64,000 nt of DNA from Podarcis gaigeae (lineage: Eukaryota): NCBI GenBank assembly GCA_964106915.2, contig OZ066914.1; one strand, written 5' to 3'. Every line of letters starts with the position of its first letter. Position 1 is the stretch's first letter. The notes beneath the pieces are model-generated. The model made no database searches and was not told the DNA's origin. It worked only from the letters and a program-made list of their open reading frames with translations. Made by a program: the position numbers and the translations under genes. Of the stretch, positions 1 to 14,619 are shown in pieces.

Positions 1-370
1 AATTCGTGGCAAAGCTTGTTGATCATGGCTTCCTTTTTTAAAAATAAAATAAAAAACACAACTTCATGACCAACACAAAAGCAAACATCCATTCAGTCTA
101 CATTGTTCTTTTTTCATTATAACATACAAATGCCCATTTACAAATAATACATCAAAATGAATAAAAGTTTGGATACCAAAATGAAGATTTGTTCCAACTG
201 ATATAATGCCTTCATGTATACAAAGGTCCATGTTAAAGTCTTTCTCCATGTGTTATGTCGTAGGGCACAGTTGCAGTACAGACGTACTCTGAGAGCCGTT
301 CTTCTTTTAGAAAACACAGCCAAACCTCCAACTGTTGTCCATAGAGCCATTTACAAAATCAACACATGGT
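1..370 (-). other. PAX6: PAX6 3' UTR (proximal part)
   Basis: Directly follows the TAA. Contains blocks such as GTTGGAACAAATCTTCATTTTGGTATCC and ATGATCAACAAGCTTTGCCACG that I recognise from PAX6 3' UTRs. Confidence 0.9.
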
Positions 371-456
371 TTACTGTAATCTTGGCCAATATTGAGACAT
401 ATCAGGTTCACTGCCGGGAACTTGAACAGGAACTGACACTCCAGGGGAAATAAGAC
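371..456 (-). CDS. PAX6: PAX6 exon 13, coding part: (G)LISPGVSVPVQVPGSEPDMSQYWPRLQ*
   Basis: Acceptor ttttaag, 86 nt, TAA at 371-373; canonical PAX6 C-terminus. Missing from the ORF track. Confidence 0.97.
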
Positions 457-1024
457 CTTAAAAGAAAAAGAAGAAAAATTTTGTAGAAACAAACACACAT
501 ATATTCAGCTTCTCTGTGTCCCCTATTAAAAGGGGGCTTTCTTCTAAAGCTTCCAGAGCTCTGTTAAAGAAGTCAATAAGATCTTTCCCCGTTTGATCAT
601 TTCCTAATTTTAGGAAATCAGTTGACCTGGCCATCTGCAAGCATATTAGAAAATACTTTTTGGCCCCACAGTTAAGTGTCCAGTCAGTCTGCTTTGACAT
701 TTTCAAATTGTAATGGGATGCAGTATTTTATTTTTATGTTCAAACTTTATCTAGAAGTGCTGAGAGGGGGAAAGATATAAACTGGAAGGAAGAAACAAAA
801 TGATGTTCTGTTCATCATTCTTTCCTTCCTTCAAGTGCAGCCCCCCAAAACAAGTCAGGAATGGCTTCCCTATTTTATACACGAAGAGTCAAACCACTAT
901 GTTTAAGCAACTGCTACTAGGACTGGGTTTTTAACAGGTAACTAACAATCACATTTGGATAGAAAATTAGCAATAACTTTCTGAATAAATTGTTGCGATC
1001 AGACTGGCAGAAGAAACAACTTTA

Positions 1025-1312
<288 letters not shown>

Positions 1313-4300
1313 TCATATTTAGTGCCTTGTTCCATGGAGTGCTCAGTCTTCACAGTTCTCGCCCCCAAAAGAGGGCAAATGATTCCCCATCTATATTCCA
1401 TGGCATGCAGAGAGCAGGCCCTTCCACTATTAGTCTTACTTATTATATTCAAATAGGGGCTACTTTCTTTGAGCACTTCACTTCCCCAGATTTGAGCACT
1501 TTCAGATCTGTCACTGGGTTGGGGAGCTGAGAGTGGAGCATCCTTGCTCAGAAGCATCAACTGTGAATTGGGCTATCTTTTTGTTTATATTGGAATGCAT
1601 GTAAAGGGCATCTCTCAGAAGTGCCAATCCTAATGATTTTCTCAAATTCAGTAGGAATCATCTATCTTCTTGTTTCTAGCAGGAAATCGGATCAGCTTAC
1701 CAAACTATAAGCCTTACAGTGAACACCAAAACAAAAACATTTTCTCTCTGGGTCTTGTCCACAAGCTTCCCACAAGTCGCTCTACTATTTGGTAAGCAGA
1801 ATATAAATGAGGGCGTGCATGAAAGCCACATCACTGAAGACAAATATTGCTTATAAGAACTGATATCACTCTCAGTTTTTTGCAATGTAATGGTTTAGGT
1901 CTTACATCCCAGTCCAGTTTCTGAATCAGAGGATATGTTAGACTTCAAGGTGACAAACCAGTTTAAACCCATGAGGAATAGCAACTAAATATTTTATCTT
2001 AGTCGGGTTATGGATTGGCCTGGTTTTCTAGTTGTTTACCTATATTTATTCAGAACAGCATGGATATAGAAGCAGCAGATATAATACAACAGGCCCATGG
2101 GTAACCTTAATAATAGACAATCCACTAATTTATACCTGTATTTATCCTCAAACTGATTGTCATTTGGATTGAGTTATTTTTGTGGGGGGGAGGGGCTGCT
2201 AAAAGTAATTAGGTTCCTAATTCCCATTACAATTCCCTGTGATTTGGATATTTTACTTTCTAATCTCTCTTAACTCTCTGTCTTTCCTTTGAAAGTACTG
2301 CTGTTACATTTTTGTGGATATTAGGTTACAGTTGCACCCTGGCTATCTGTGTAAAAGTGCTGCTTCTTCTTCAGCAATCCACATACAACAGAAATAACAA
2401 TTGCCTTTATTTTAGGAATATTGTTTTGCTTGCACAACAGCTGTCAGGTTCTTAAAGGACAGTATTTTGAAACATTCTGCATTTATCTTTTATCCAGAAT
2501 TTATCTTTCATATATTATCTTTGGATTACTTTAGAACTCTTATCAAGTATGCTCAGATTCCCACTCCCAATAATTCTAGGTTCAATTAACAAAGAGTTCC
2601 CAACCCAAAATGCAACTCTGGTCCAAAATACAATTCAGATGCACACGCCAATTAAGTAACCAACATAAACCCCTTCCCAACATTTACTCATGACTATGTA
2701 TTAATATACTAGCTTCAGTTCTAAATTCAAGAGGCATGCCATACATATATACTGTATTTACTGCAAATGTATTTGTATTTCATTGATTGTGGGGGTGGGG
2801 GTCATAAAGAACATAGCAACCTATTCCATCATGGTCAATTCTACTATGATCCGATTTCTCCAAGCTCTAGCCTGAAATAGCTGTACCAGTCAATGCTTCA
2901 TGAAAAGCCATGGAAAACCTATAGCTTCTGTATCTTCCTATGAGCTCCATCGCATGTGCACAATAATGATTGGGGACCCTAGCATTGTATTCCCCCCCCC
3001 CCACTCAGCCAGCTAGTTATCCACCTGCTTACAAGCATGAGGTTTGGCAGCTCTGTTCACTTTAACACAGCTATTTAGAACTGCAGGTGCTGTTCACATC
3101 CTCCTCTCCCCCTTGGGTATTTCTAGGGTGCCAATAGCCACAGTGTCTCATCAGCCAAGGTGTAATCCTGCTAGCATTTTAATAAGCCTTTTCTCCTCAC
3201 CAATGCTATACTAATGAGTTTCTCTGGTTGGGTACATTTTTTTCCTTAAACAGATTCTGAAACTTTTGCTTTATGAATTCAAATCCATGAGCGCCAATTA
3301 ACTCACTACACAATTTTATCAAGTCCTTTATTTCTCTTTTCCAGTCCAGATGATCACATTCCAGGTTTGGAAAGCTCTTCCCAGTTATTGTGTACCTAAC
3401 TATCATGTTGCATTGCAACAGTCCTTTTATGTTGGCTCATTCTACAACTTTTAGATCAATGGGTTGTATGCTGCCCTCCTATTCATGGAAGGCTCTTTCA
3501 TGCAGTGGAGGTTTCCATGAATGGAAAGAAGGGGGAAGGTGGTTTTTGCAAATTCCCCTTTTCTCCCGCAGTCCCCAGCACTATCTTCCATGAGGGTACT
3601 CAACCATTTTAGGGGAAATCAGAGAAAAGGGGGATATCACAATCCCCCCCTTCCATTCACAAAAACATCTGCTCGATCAGAGTGCCTTTCTTGAACAAAT
3701 CAGACACTTTAGAAGCCCTGATTCAGTTGAAATCACATGTGCCTTACTAGAAAAACTAGTCATAGACCCCAAGTCTAAACATATTAGCCTTCATTCAGAA
3801 AATGTTTGCTGCACTTTTGTTCTATGGAAATCAGTCAAGCAATGTATAACATTTTCTTACAATATAGCATGCCTTTTCAAAGAGATCCACAACATTTATA
3901 CACAAGGCATCAGCCACATGTCAAGAACTCTCAAACAGATTGAAATCAGTGAGACAATTAATCACAACTGACTGAAATGCCATGGGGCTTAAGCACAATC
4001 AACTCTAACTGGATCAGGACCAACCACCATGATTCAATATAGATTTAATGCATGTTTCATTCTGCACAAGACTGTGTCCTTTAGGTGGCATTTAGGTCTA
4101 TTGATTGCCTTGTAAAGTATACAAGGTCAGGGTGTCAGTTGTATACCCCAATGGGCAAACTCCCATTAATTACCTGGATGTTCCTAATACTCCCTTTGGT
4201 GATAATTTTCCTATTGCTCTGGGAACTTTGCCTCTTTCAAATCAGAGTATTATGAAACTTGTATATTTACCAGGAGTGGAATACCCAAGAATATTGAGAA

Positions 4301-4440
4301 ATTTGCCTTTTAGTTGACTCATAGCCTATTAAATTGAGTTCATAAGAGATCTTAGGTATGGTCCCATTCTTTTAATTAATGTTGATCAATTACAAATTAA
4401 ATTATTCTGGATTAACCACTGTCACATTTTTCTACAGTAA

Positions 4441-4510
4441 AACATAAGAAGAGTGTGCTGAATCAGACGAATGGCCCATCTGATTCAGTAACCTGTTATC
4501 TCAGTAGCCA
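4441..4510 (-). mobile_element. CR1-type LINE 3' tail fragment
   Basis: aacataagaagag..ctgaatcagac..atggcccatct resembles the reverse complement of a reptile CR1 3' end; degraded. Confidence 0.5.
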
Positions 4511-4934
4511 ATGGATATCAATGGTCATGGACACCATTTAGAATCATGCTGTAGTCAAAAGCAAGTCTTCTTTAAAAAATGTGGGGGACTCTAATAGTGA
4601 GTTAATAAACAAGGTTAGCGGCCATTAGAGGGTGTCTAAACTGTCCTTGAACACTACTATTGTGAATTAGAAGCAGGTTCCAGCCCTGCTTCCACACAGC
4701 AAAAAGTCAGCTGTGGATAGGGTTAATGCTAAGACTCCCAACTCTGGAGAAACTCAGAGCAACGCCACTTAGCCAGCAACTTCCTGCCATCTTGCCCAAT
4801 GTTCAATTCAGTTTAGATATTGTAAATTGGGTTTGAAAATCCCCATGTCACACTAATACAGGACTTTTAAAAAATAAATAAATAATTGCATATGGCAGTA
4901 CCAAAGGAACAGTGCTAAAAAATTATTAGTCATT

Positions 4935-5097
4935 CTTTTTATTTACTTATTCTGGCCTTCACTCCCAAGCATTACAGTTTTCCCTTGGTTTATTCTCACA
5001 AAGGTCCCTGGGATAGTGATTTGTCCAAGGCCACCCTGTGAGCTTCATGCTGAATAGGATTTTGAACCATGTCTAAACACTATCCACCAGTGGTGCT
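4935..5097 (-). mobile_element. Degraded MIR/CORE-like squamate SINE
   Basis: agtgatttgtccaaggccaccctgtgagcttcatgctgaataggattttgaacc; same family as the copy at 59090-59325. Confidence 0.5.
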
Positions 5098-6171
5098 GTC
5101 AAGGTATGGCTTTGGGGAGAAAGTGCAGGGCACCAGTCATCAAAATGACCAGGAGGACCCACCAAAAATGCCATAGGGCTGACTTACCACACGTTGAAAT
5201 AATGCACATTACCATATGGAGGTGAGAGGTGGGGGAGGGAGAGAGAGAGAGAGCCACAATTTCTTCTAAAACTACCTATCTCACACAACTACTATCCACA
5301 ACAACAATTCAGTGGCTTCTACAGGATAGTCTTGCCCATACAAAAGGAACAGAGTGGCAAACATAAGAAATCACTGAATTTATGCATCCCTGTGAAATCT
5401 CAGAAGGGCCAGATTAAACTATAGATGTTTTACTCAGGAGTGACCTGATTGAAATAAAAAGGAGAAAACTATGCAGCATAGAAGCAAACTCCTAGGGGCC
5501 GAGGCCCCTTCACCCTCCCCTCCAATAAAATATTTGAGGAGGTCGGCCCCCTGGAAGTTGATAGGCATTGCTATTCAAATGGTGTCTGTCCACCAAGTCT
5601 TGTGGTCGATTATGCAGGGCAGGGCTTACTTGTCCCCCCCCCCATATTTTATTCAAGTTGGTACCCCTGCTTTAGAGTAGCCAGTTTGGAGGCTGCTGCC
5701 TTGCTCCTTCCAGGTTTTCATACCCAAGAGCACTTTACTCTGATTAATTGTTCTCAAAATACCCTTTAGCTCTCTGTCAGAATCAAGGTGGTTAAACCTT
5801 GGCAAAAATGATGTCCCAGGGCCTGTTTGTGGATCAAGTGGAACTTCTGGCCGGCATTGTAGACTGCTAGCATAGAGCCATGCCCTGAGAGCTACTCCAC
5901 GTTAATTAGCCCAAGGAGGAAATCTTGATGAGTGGCTCAAGCACCTGCATTAGGCTAATCAGTCTCAAGGAGGCTCCATGTTGACTTCACAGATTTGAAG
6001 ACTTCATAATGGTGTGAAAACAGAAATCCCCTTGACCTTTGACAACCTCCTCTTTTGGCCTGGAATTGGCATTCACCACCCCAGCCATTGAATGGGCAAG
6101 ACTCTGCCCAGCTCAGAGAGAGAACGAGAAAGTGGGGGAGAAAGAAAGAAAGAAAGAAAGAGAGCATATTA

Positions 6172-6354
<183 letters not shown>

Positions 6355-6420
6355 TCAGATGACTGTATTACTGTACAGAGCGTTCTGTTCTATTGCCCCA
6401 AATGGGTGACTGACTGATCA

Positions 6421-6618
<198 letters not shown>

Positions 6619-7065
6619 TTAGCACTGTGAAAAAGTACCTTGTCCTATCACGCATCATTCAGAGCAGAAGACCCAGCTACTTCTCTAGAGCTACTCATGG
6701 GAAGCCTCTATAAAGACAGAGCCTCACTGCAACCTTTTTTCATATCTATCTATTATCTACTTAACAAAATGACTGGGGAATAAACATGGAACCATTGATC
6801 TACAAAGTCATCTGCATGCGTGACTGGCTTCCCACAGGGCAGATTGGATGCACATCTACTACACACCTGCACACCTGGGTTTTTGTTAGGGGGGCAGGCC
6901 TTTTGTTGGGGGGCAGAACCTCAGTTTGCTATGTATTTTTATTGTTTTTTATTGATTGGGGGCAGCTGCCCCTCCCTTGTGCCCATGCTGGCACATATAT
7001 AGCTATCTAGGTAAGATCCAGATGGAACAACAAGCACTGCTTGGGGCTTTCCTGTCCTCATGCAT

Positions 7066-7246
7066 GGGAAGGGCTGCAGCCCAGTAGGAGAGCATCTAGC
7101 TTGGAATGCAGAAGGTCCTAGGTTCAATCTCTGGCATTGGAGGGATTGGAGAGGCCCCTGCCTGATAGAGGGATGCAATGCACACAACACTGAGTCAGAT
7201 GGACCAGTGGGCTGACTCAGGATAAGTCAGGTTCATATGTTCCTAT
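7066..7246 (+). mobile_element. tRNA-derived squamate SINE (Squam3-like)
   Basis: tRNA-like head with B-box ggttcaatc, followed by a CR1-like tail ...gatggaccagtgggctgactcag...atgttcctat. Confidence 0.7.
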
Positions 7247-7350
7247 CAGGCTGCTTTGTTGGAGACTACATATTTCCCCTTGAAAACATCAGTGTCTCCC
7301 TTTACAGGGTGATAGGAGGGGAGGGGAGGAAAGAAAACATTACATAGTCA

Positions 7351-7467
<117 letters not shown>

Positions 7468-8286
7468 TTAGTCTTAAAAACAGGTCTCAGAAAGGACGGC
7501 CGCTTCCTGCTTTCAGCTGTCTATGTTTGAGTGCACTTTATGCTTTCAATCTTTTATGAGGAATATTTCCACCAAAGTGCTCCTATGATTTTTATTCCTT
7601 TCCTTTAAGAAGAGGGAGATGTCATTGTTCAATGTTCACACACACATATACATTCTCTCACCCTGCTAGATAAATATGTGATTAATACCAGGCTATGCAA
7701 TTATAGGAGTAGATTGTTAAGAAGGAATTGACCAGAGTTCCTCTGTGTTTGGATGTATTTAGAGCAGCCAATGCATAAGAAATGAGGGCCTCCTTTTCCT
7801 GTGCTAACATTTGAACATGAGTAAGTTAATACGTGATCATCTAATCGGATTTCAAGCAAAGCGTTTGAAATCTGGGCCCGGAATCAGAGGTGCATCAAAA
7901 GAAGCAGAAGGACAACTGTCCTCTGGGGCAACTGGTGATGCCAGGACAGGAACTGCAGTCTCGGTATCCTGAAAGCTGTCCTTCAAGCATATAATGTAAC
8001 CTGAGAGAAGGGTGAGGTTGGCTGCAGTCGGAAGTCTTATCACCATGACTCAGCCAATATGCGTTGCCCAAACTGCGGCACTGTGGAGCAGGTGGATTGT
8101 CAGTTTTGAATGCTGTCCTTATCATGTCACCTCCAAGCATTTAAAAGATGCCTTTGGTAGGAAAACCATGTGAGATCCTCGTCAATGTCCATCAAAGAAT
8201 TTCTTTGGAACTTGTTAGGATGGCCCAGAAGGGAACAGAGGATGTGAAGCCCTTCCGTAGTTTTGACTCGGGCACACGCAACATAC

Positions 8287-8445
8287 CTTTCTCAAGCGCT
8301 TCGATTTGTTCTTGGGTGAAGGAGGTCCGATTTCTTTGCAGCTTCCTTTTCAGCTGAAGCCTCATCTGGGCCTCGTCTGAATCTTCTCCATTGGAACTGA
8401 TGGAGTTGGTGTTTTCTCCCCCTCCTTCTTGTTGCGGACAACCAT
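8287..8445 (-). CDS. PAX6: PAX6 exon 8 (linker and homeodomain start): (D)[52 protein letters not shown]
   Basis: ttgcag acceptor, gtatgt donor, 159 nt. Confidence 0.98.
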
Positions 8446-9299
8446 CTGCAACAGAATGAGGAGGCCATCCTGAGAAAGACCAAGCTGGACCGCTATGTTC
8501 TAGCACAAAAAGTCAGCCGTGACCAAGGACATATCTTCTTAACCTTGCCCAAGTTACAACCACCCATCAGCTTACTTGAGGGTGAGATGAGGCCTCGTAA
8601 TAAAAGCCTCTTATTGGTCAAGTTGTTTCTCAGTTAAACCAAACATATTTGAGGTCAACGTATGCCCAGACCCAAAACATGCTGCCACCTGATAGTTCTG
8701 CAGTACATGTATCTCATTGAAGTTACATGAAACTTCCTTGCATATAATCAGCTTGATCCAACTTCTGCTGTGGGACATGGAGCTGTTATACCCAAAGGAG
8801 GTGCACAAAGTGGGCATCTAAACAAAAGGCAGAGGGGAATCTGCACTTCCAGGCTCTGAGTGTGCATGGCAACATTTGTGGAGTTTCAGACTGAGATTGG
8901 TGTAATAGGAATTGGGGATCAGAAGCCCCGGTACTCTATTCTAAATGGTTTGTGGACTAAAGTGTGAGGCTTAAGCCTTTGGTCCATACTGAAAAAAATG
9001 GACTACTGTGGGACTGGTGATATAAGGACAAACAATACCTTATTTAAAAGGTTTATCAGTCTTGAAATCTTGGGTGGGATAGTGACTGAAGAAAAAGGTC
9101 ACCTCCCTCCCACTTGCAATACAGAGGAGTTCAAAGGAATATGGAACAAAACACAAATTAGTATGTAACAATGGGGGACATATATCATGTTCAAATAAAG
9201 AATATTCAGTTTATCTAAATAACAACATATTCCCACTGTATGAACTAAAGATTAATAATACATTTTAATTCTATTAATAAAAGACATCACTTCTCCCTC

Positions 9300-10020
9300 C
9301 CATACAAATACAACAATCCAATAAATTATTTCAAGTGGAGATGGCTGTAACTTTTTGAAAATGCCCTGCAAAAGATCCCCTCTTTATGGAATTTATTTAC
9401 CTATTGCTGCACTTAAAATAGTGATGTTCAGNNNNNNNNNNNNNNNNNNNNNNNNNNNNNNNNNNNNNNNNNNNNNNNNNNNNNNNNNNNNNNNNNNNNN
9501 NNNNNNNNNNNNNNNNNNNNNNNNNNNNNNNNNNNNNNNNNNNNNNNNNNNNNNNNNNNNNNNNNNNNNNNACAGTCAATTTCATTTTAAAGGTTGTGAA
9601 TTTAGAAGTGCCTGCATTGTTCTGCAGTTTTATTCAACTATTGTATGAGTGTGCATTGCCTTGACNNNNNNNNNNNNNNNNNNNNNNNNNNNNNNNNNNN
9701 NNNNNNNNNNNNNNNNNNNNNNNNNNNNNNNNNNNNNNNNNNNNNNNNNNNNNNNNNNNNNNNNNNNNNNNNNNNNNNNNNNNNNNNNNNNNNNNNNNNN
9801 NNNNNNNNNNNNNCATGTAATTTTAAAAAGAAATAGTAGCGAGTTCGCTAAGTAGCTAAATATGCTATTCTGCAGCTGAGCGCCTGGCATATCATTTAAG
9901 TGGTACATTTTTAATTAGGGCATTTCCAACACTTTTAATGTAATTTCTATCATTAAACAAGAGAAAGTTTTATTGTTTTCACATTGCTGCTGGAGGTAAA
10001 GATATGCTCGTGGTCTAGCT
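9300..10020. promoter_or_regulatory. Distal intron-7 conserved non-coding element (7CE3/7CE4-like), with two masked cores
   Basis: AT-rich non-repetitive sequence rich in TAAT and CATTGT motifs, flanking N-runs 9432-9571 and 9666-9813. Position fits the known intron-7 enhancers; the name is an inference. Confidence 0.5.
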
Positions 10021-13000
10021 GTCTTTCAAAGTGTCTGCAGACACTGAGGGAAAAGGGAAAGGAGGGGGGAGAAGGGTGTTTTACAAAAGGAATGGACATT
10101 TCTGTAGAGGCAAAGGAGAAGTTGTCAGTAAATTAACTCTCCCTTTCCTTTCAGAGAATAATTTGAAGCGTTTTGATGTTGCTAAATGAAAAATAGAAGA
10201 AGGGATTCTTTTGATTCTAACACTCTGGACTAGGAAGGAAGAGAGGGAGAAAAGTTATGCTACCAAAAAAAATCAGCCAACAGTTTTCTCTCTCTCCTAA
10301 GCCTGGAAAAATATATATATATTTGTGGGAAATCAACTTTAAAGTAATATCGTTTATAATCAGCCCACAATGGGGCCCAGCCTTCAAAGCCTCAAGAGAA
10401 TTGTGACAGGATCTGGTAGGGATCTTTTCAAACACTTTGAAATGTTTTAAAACCCCAACTTTCTCCCCCATTTAAACAGTTGGATTCATCTCCAGTGGTC
10501 ACCATATGGGCGTTTGGAGATCTATTGAGATGACCACCAACACTTGAATAGCGAGGGGGCTGCTTTTCACCAGGACACAATGCCCGCAGAGTAAGGGAAA
10601 CTATTAAACTCTTGGGGCAAGGAGGAGGGTTGGCAAACTTTCGTGGGCAGAATTTTGAGGACACAATCAGGCAGGCCCAACAAAAGGATTCTCTTGAGGC
10701 GTGCAGCGGCCCACATTGTATCACAAGGATCCCAGTCAACAGACTTTTCAGTGAAGTATGTTAACCTTTAGGCACTACTATCATTAATCACTGTCCCCTG
10801 GGCTGGGCTACTCAATGCTATTTAGGATTTTTAAAAAACTTTCTATAGGAGCTGAGGAAGAAAGAAAGAACACCCCTAAACTGGTGAATAGGCCAGTTCC
10901 ATACACTGAGCCTGTTTACTCAACACCAGGAAGGGGGGAAAGAGGTGGGGGTTAGAGGAGAGAACTACTTAGCTAAGATTAGAGAAGCTTCAACTAGCAG
11001 AGGAGGGTCCAGGACAAGGGCCCTGTTTTTATTTACTAGCTAGAGTTGGTGGCTGGCTTTTTAAGTTAAGGGCACTGCTAGGAGCCTCTTCCAAGAGTCC
11101 TCCGTGTTGGAGAAAGGCAGCCCACTCAGATCTGCAGCCCTAATTGCTTCTGCCTTTTCTCAGCAAGGCTGATGGACTCTGAGCCCCACGTTACACCTTG
11201 CACGCAGGTTGAGGTAGTTGAGGAGATACTTGAGCGCAACCCAGGCAAACACTGGTCGCCTTAGTCAATGATGCACGTGTGAAATTGACAGGGGCCCCAA
11301 TCCTTTCCTGGATTTAAAGGAAGGGGCACTGTGGACCGTTCAAAACTGAAGCCAATGTGCTTATTTGTAATTAAAAGCACTTCGGAGGAGAGTGCTTGGG
11401 TTCACCGGGATTTGCATCGGGTACTTCAGCCCATATGAATTCCCTGCTCTGAAACTGCGCGTTACGCGGGCGAGATCCAATCAGGAGGCGCATTTGCTGC
11501 GCGGACTTTAGCCGAGGGTCAAAAATGCCTACGTGGTCGGGGATAATTCCTTCCGTGAGATTCAACCTGAACTCATGGGATAAAATGGCCTGAAATCACC
11601 AGTTCCCCCGTCAAATCGCATTTCTGGCCACCTGGCTGAAAAGATGATTGGGTTTCAACCGTTTTGTCCCATTGATATCTTATCTGAACAAAAGTTAAAA
11701 TGAAATAAAGAAACTCCAACGGTTTGTGCTTAGCGCGTGTATATAACCAAACCAAATCTGCAAGCCGCAACGAAGTCCCAGTGACCCAGAAGGAACAACC
11801 TTCGGTATAATCGGGACATTTTGGGTGGGTGGGAATTGGCTACTTTGTAGTTGTGGTCAAAGGGAGTGCTCGAAAAGCACGCAACACTTTCGGATCTTTC
11901 CAACTCCATTCCTTATTGCTGCGCCCTCCCTCGAAGGTGGTGCCAGCGCTGGGCAAAAGCCCAAATCTGCCCGTTTTCGGCGCGCGCCTTTGGAGGCTGC
12001 GTGCAGATGGGTCTGTGCGGGTGCGCAAGAAATTTTCGTCTGCTGCGACTTGCGGCTTGATTCCCCCAGCCCAGCTGCTCTCCGGGGAGGCGGTTTGGGA
12101 TCCTAAGGGCCTGCGTGGAGTCATTTTTCAGCTCCTTTTTCACCGCTTAGCCAAGGCAGTTTTGGAGAAATGGCAGGAGCCGTTAAAACTAAAGGAACCA
12201 GATTCAATCCACGAAAAGCAGGGATAATTCTCTCCTCCTGCAAGGCGAAAATGGCCCCAAAGCAGGATTTGTTTTCTTTTTCCAGGTTAAGGGGGATTTA
12301 AAAGCAAAAAAAAGGAAGCAACCTCAACCCGCTCCTCATCCATTCTCCAGTCAGCCTCCACTTCTAATGACCCGCAAAGCCCCATGGATATCAATGGGAG
12401 GGTCCCCATTAACTTCAACAGAATGACGGTTGCACCCGAAATCAAGAGCTCTTCGTTTTCTTTAAGGAGCACTTATGGCAACTTTTTCGCTTGTCTTCAT
12501 TCTGCTGTTTTAAGGCCCTTTTCTCTCCCCGCCCCCCCTGCCCCTCAAAACGGTGTCTGTTTAAACTATTTTAAGTTTTGCTTTGGAAAGACAGATATAT
12601 GTGTGCGTGCGTGTTTGTTTTTAAGGAAAAAGAAATGCCAGACAATTAAGATATCTTTCTTTCTTTTAAAATGAGACTTGAAAAAAAAGAAGAAGCCTAT
12701 AAAGGAATGAACTCAATAGCCCGTTCCACCTTCTAGACCTAATCCGTAAGAAAAAGCGAGTGAATATGCTGTCGCTATTATCCTATAGCTAGACCATCTG
12801 ACGCTGGGTATAGGATTTGTTTTCCAGGAAAGGGGGAAAAACGGGGGGGGGATAAAAGACGCTGGGAAATAAAATCATTCCTTAGTTTCTTAGTGTCTTA
12901 ATCAGTGAGGCGGAAAACTAGCAGAGAGGGGGAAAAGAAAGAAAGATAGCAAACCGATTGCGGCACCTTTCAGCTGCGGAGCTGGGATCAAAACATTGTA

Positions 13001-13636
13001 GCATCTGTTGAAAGAGAAAGTGTCTAAATCCTATAGAAGGCTTTAGTCTTATAAGGAGGGGCGAGAGGAGGCGGAGGGGGGGGGGAGATAAGAAACAGTG
13101 TCTCAGTGATCCCTAAAACCGCTAAATCACTGGAGAATTTCTCCCGGATAGAGATGTCTCTTTTTGTTCTGTCAGCCCTCATGTATCCATTATTTTATTC
13201 ACTGCTGCATGGCGTTTATCAGATTGAGACCATATTTGTCCCCCTCTGAGACCTAACCTTGCCTTATGCTTTTGGAGTAATGGACTCTTAAAATCCAGGA
13301 ACACAGAGGCAGCCCGGGGAGGGGGGGCACCCGAGTCCCCCGCATGAATATTCCAGGGCAGAGGCATTTTATTAATTTTAATTTAGTGGTGCAAAGGCTT
13401 TAAGTGCGCGCCTCTCTCTCCTCTTCTCTCCCCCCCCCCCCAGCGCCTCAGCCAAGGCCTCTACGCCCCCTCCCCCGCTTTCCTCGTCCACATTTTTTTG
13501 AGGTTGACTCAGGGCCAAGAATATAGTAGCAGGCCCCCATCCGCAAGCTTTCCCATTCATTTGTTTTAACTATATGGCAACTGGTGATTAATGGGGGTCT
13601 TTGAAACCCTGGCACCCAGATCCTATACACGTTGGC

Positions 13637-13708
13637 AAGAAGAAGAAGAAGAAGAAGAAGAAGAAGAAGAAGAAGAAGAAGAAGAAGAAGAAGAAGAAGA
13701 AGAAGAAG
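13637..13708. repeat. (AAG)24 microsatellite
   Basis: Perfect trinucleotide run; explains the poly-E and poly-L ORFs. Confidence 0.97.
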
Positions 13709-14619
13709 ATTATCAGTGGGCCTTACTTCCATGTAAATGTGCTTTAGGGAGAGCAGTTGAATACGCTCTGGGGGAAACGATCCAGCCACAGTTAAGCACT
13801 TTTAAGATTGTAGTCCCATGGGCGTTTAATGGGAAGCTGGACTCATTGTCTAAAACGGGGCTTTTCTTCTGAGTAAACCTCTTACCAGCAGATCTCACTG
13901 GTGTAAATGGGATGGATTGATCCGCGCGCTCCCATTAAAACCGGTGGGATTTACAAGGGCTTAACTACAGTGGCTGAATCCTGCCCCTCGTCTCCCTCCA
14001 CGGGCCCTAGCCAAATACTGCCTGAAATCCACCACAAAAACCGAAAACAAAATTCTGTGGATCCAGCGCTCCTGTCTGGAGAATTTAGAGAGCAAACCCA
14101 CGCCCTGTCCCGCACCGGTTAATCTTTAACCCCAAGGATCTCCTCAGTTTTTCTGCGGGGGAAGGTGTGTGCTTCGGTTTAAAATTTAAATTTTAAAGGA
14201 TGAGGGTGGGGGCTGTTGTTTCAGGAAACTATAGAGGAATAAGACAACGCGTCTTTTCCGAAAGGGCTTCACGCCCAATTCCCAATGATTCTGCGACAGA
14301 TCTTACTTCATTTCAAAACAACAACAACAACAACAACAATATCTGGGAAGGGAGAGAATCCCGATTTTAAAATAACTAAATACGCGCCTGGCGATGAAAT
14401 GTACCCTCGGTTCAGATATTACAGCAACGGACTTCAAGCAACCTGTTATCTCACTGCAAACACGCACGCACCAACCCGAGTGGGTGGGTGTGGAGGAAGA
14501 AATATTGAGCTCAGCAAACTGAGGGTGAGATATCAAAATTGGACCTTTCGACACCCAGAGAGAGAGTTTATTGACTCCCGCCCGCCCCCGCCCCCGTTTA
14601 CCCTTGGTGGGGCTGCATA

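Noticed and set aside
7066-7140. tRNA-like sequences here, at about 44955 and at 51056
   Set aside because: No complete cloverleaf. The 7066 and 51056 copies continue into a SINE body and tail; 44955 is only a degenerate head.
13448-13872. Poly-Leu and poly-Glu ORFs
   Set aside because: Translations of the (AAG)24 microsatellite.
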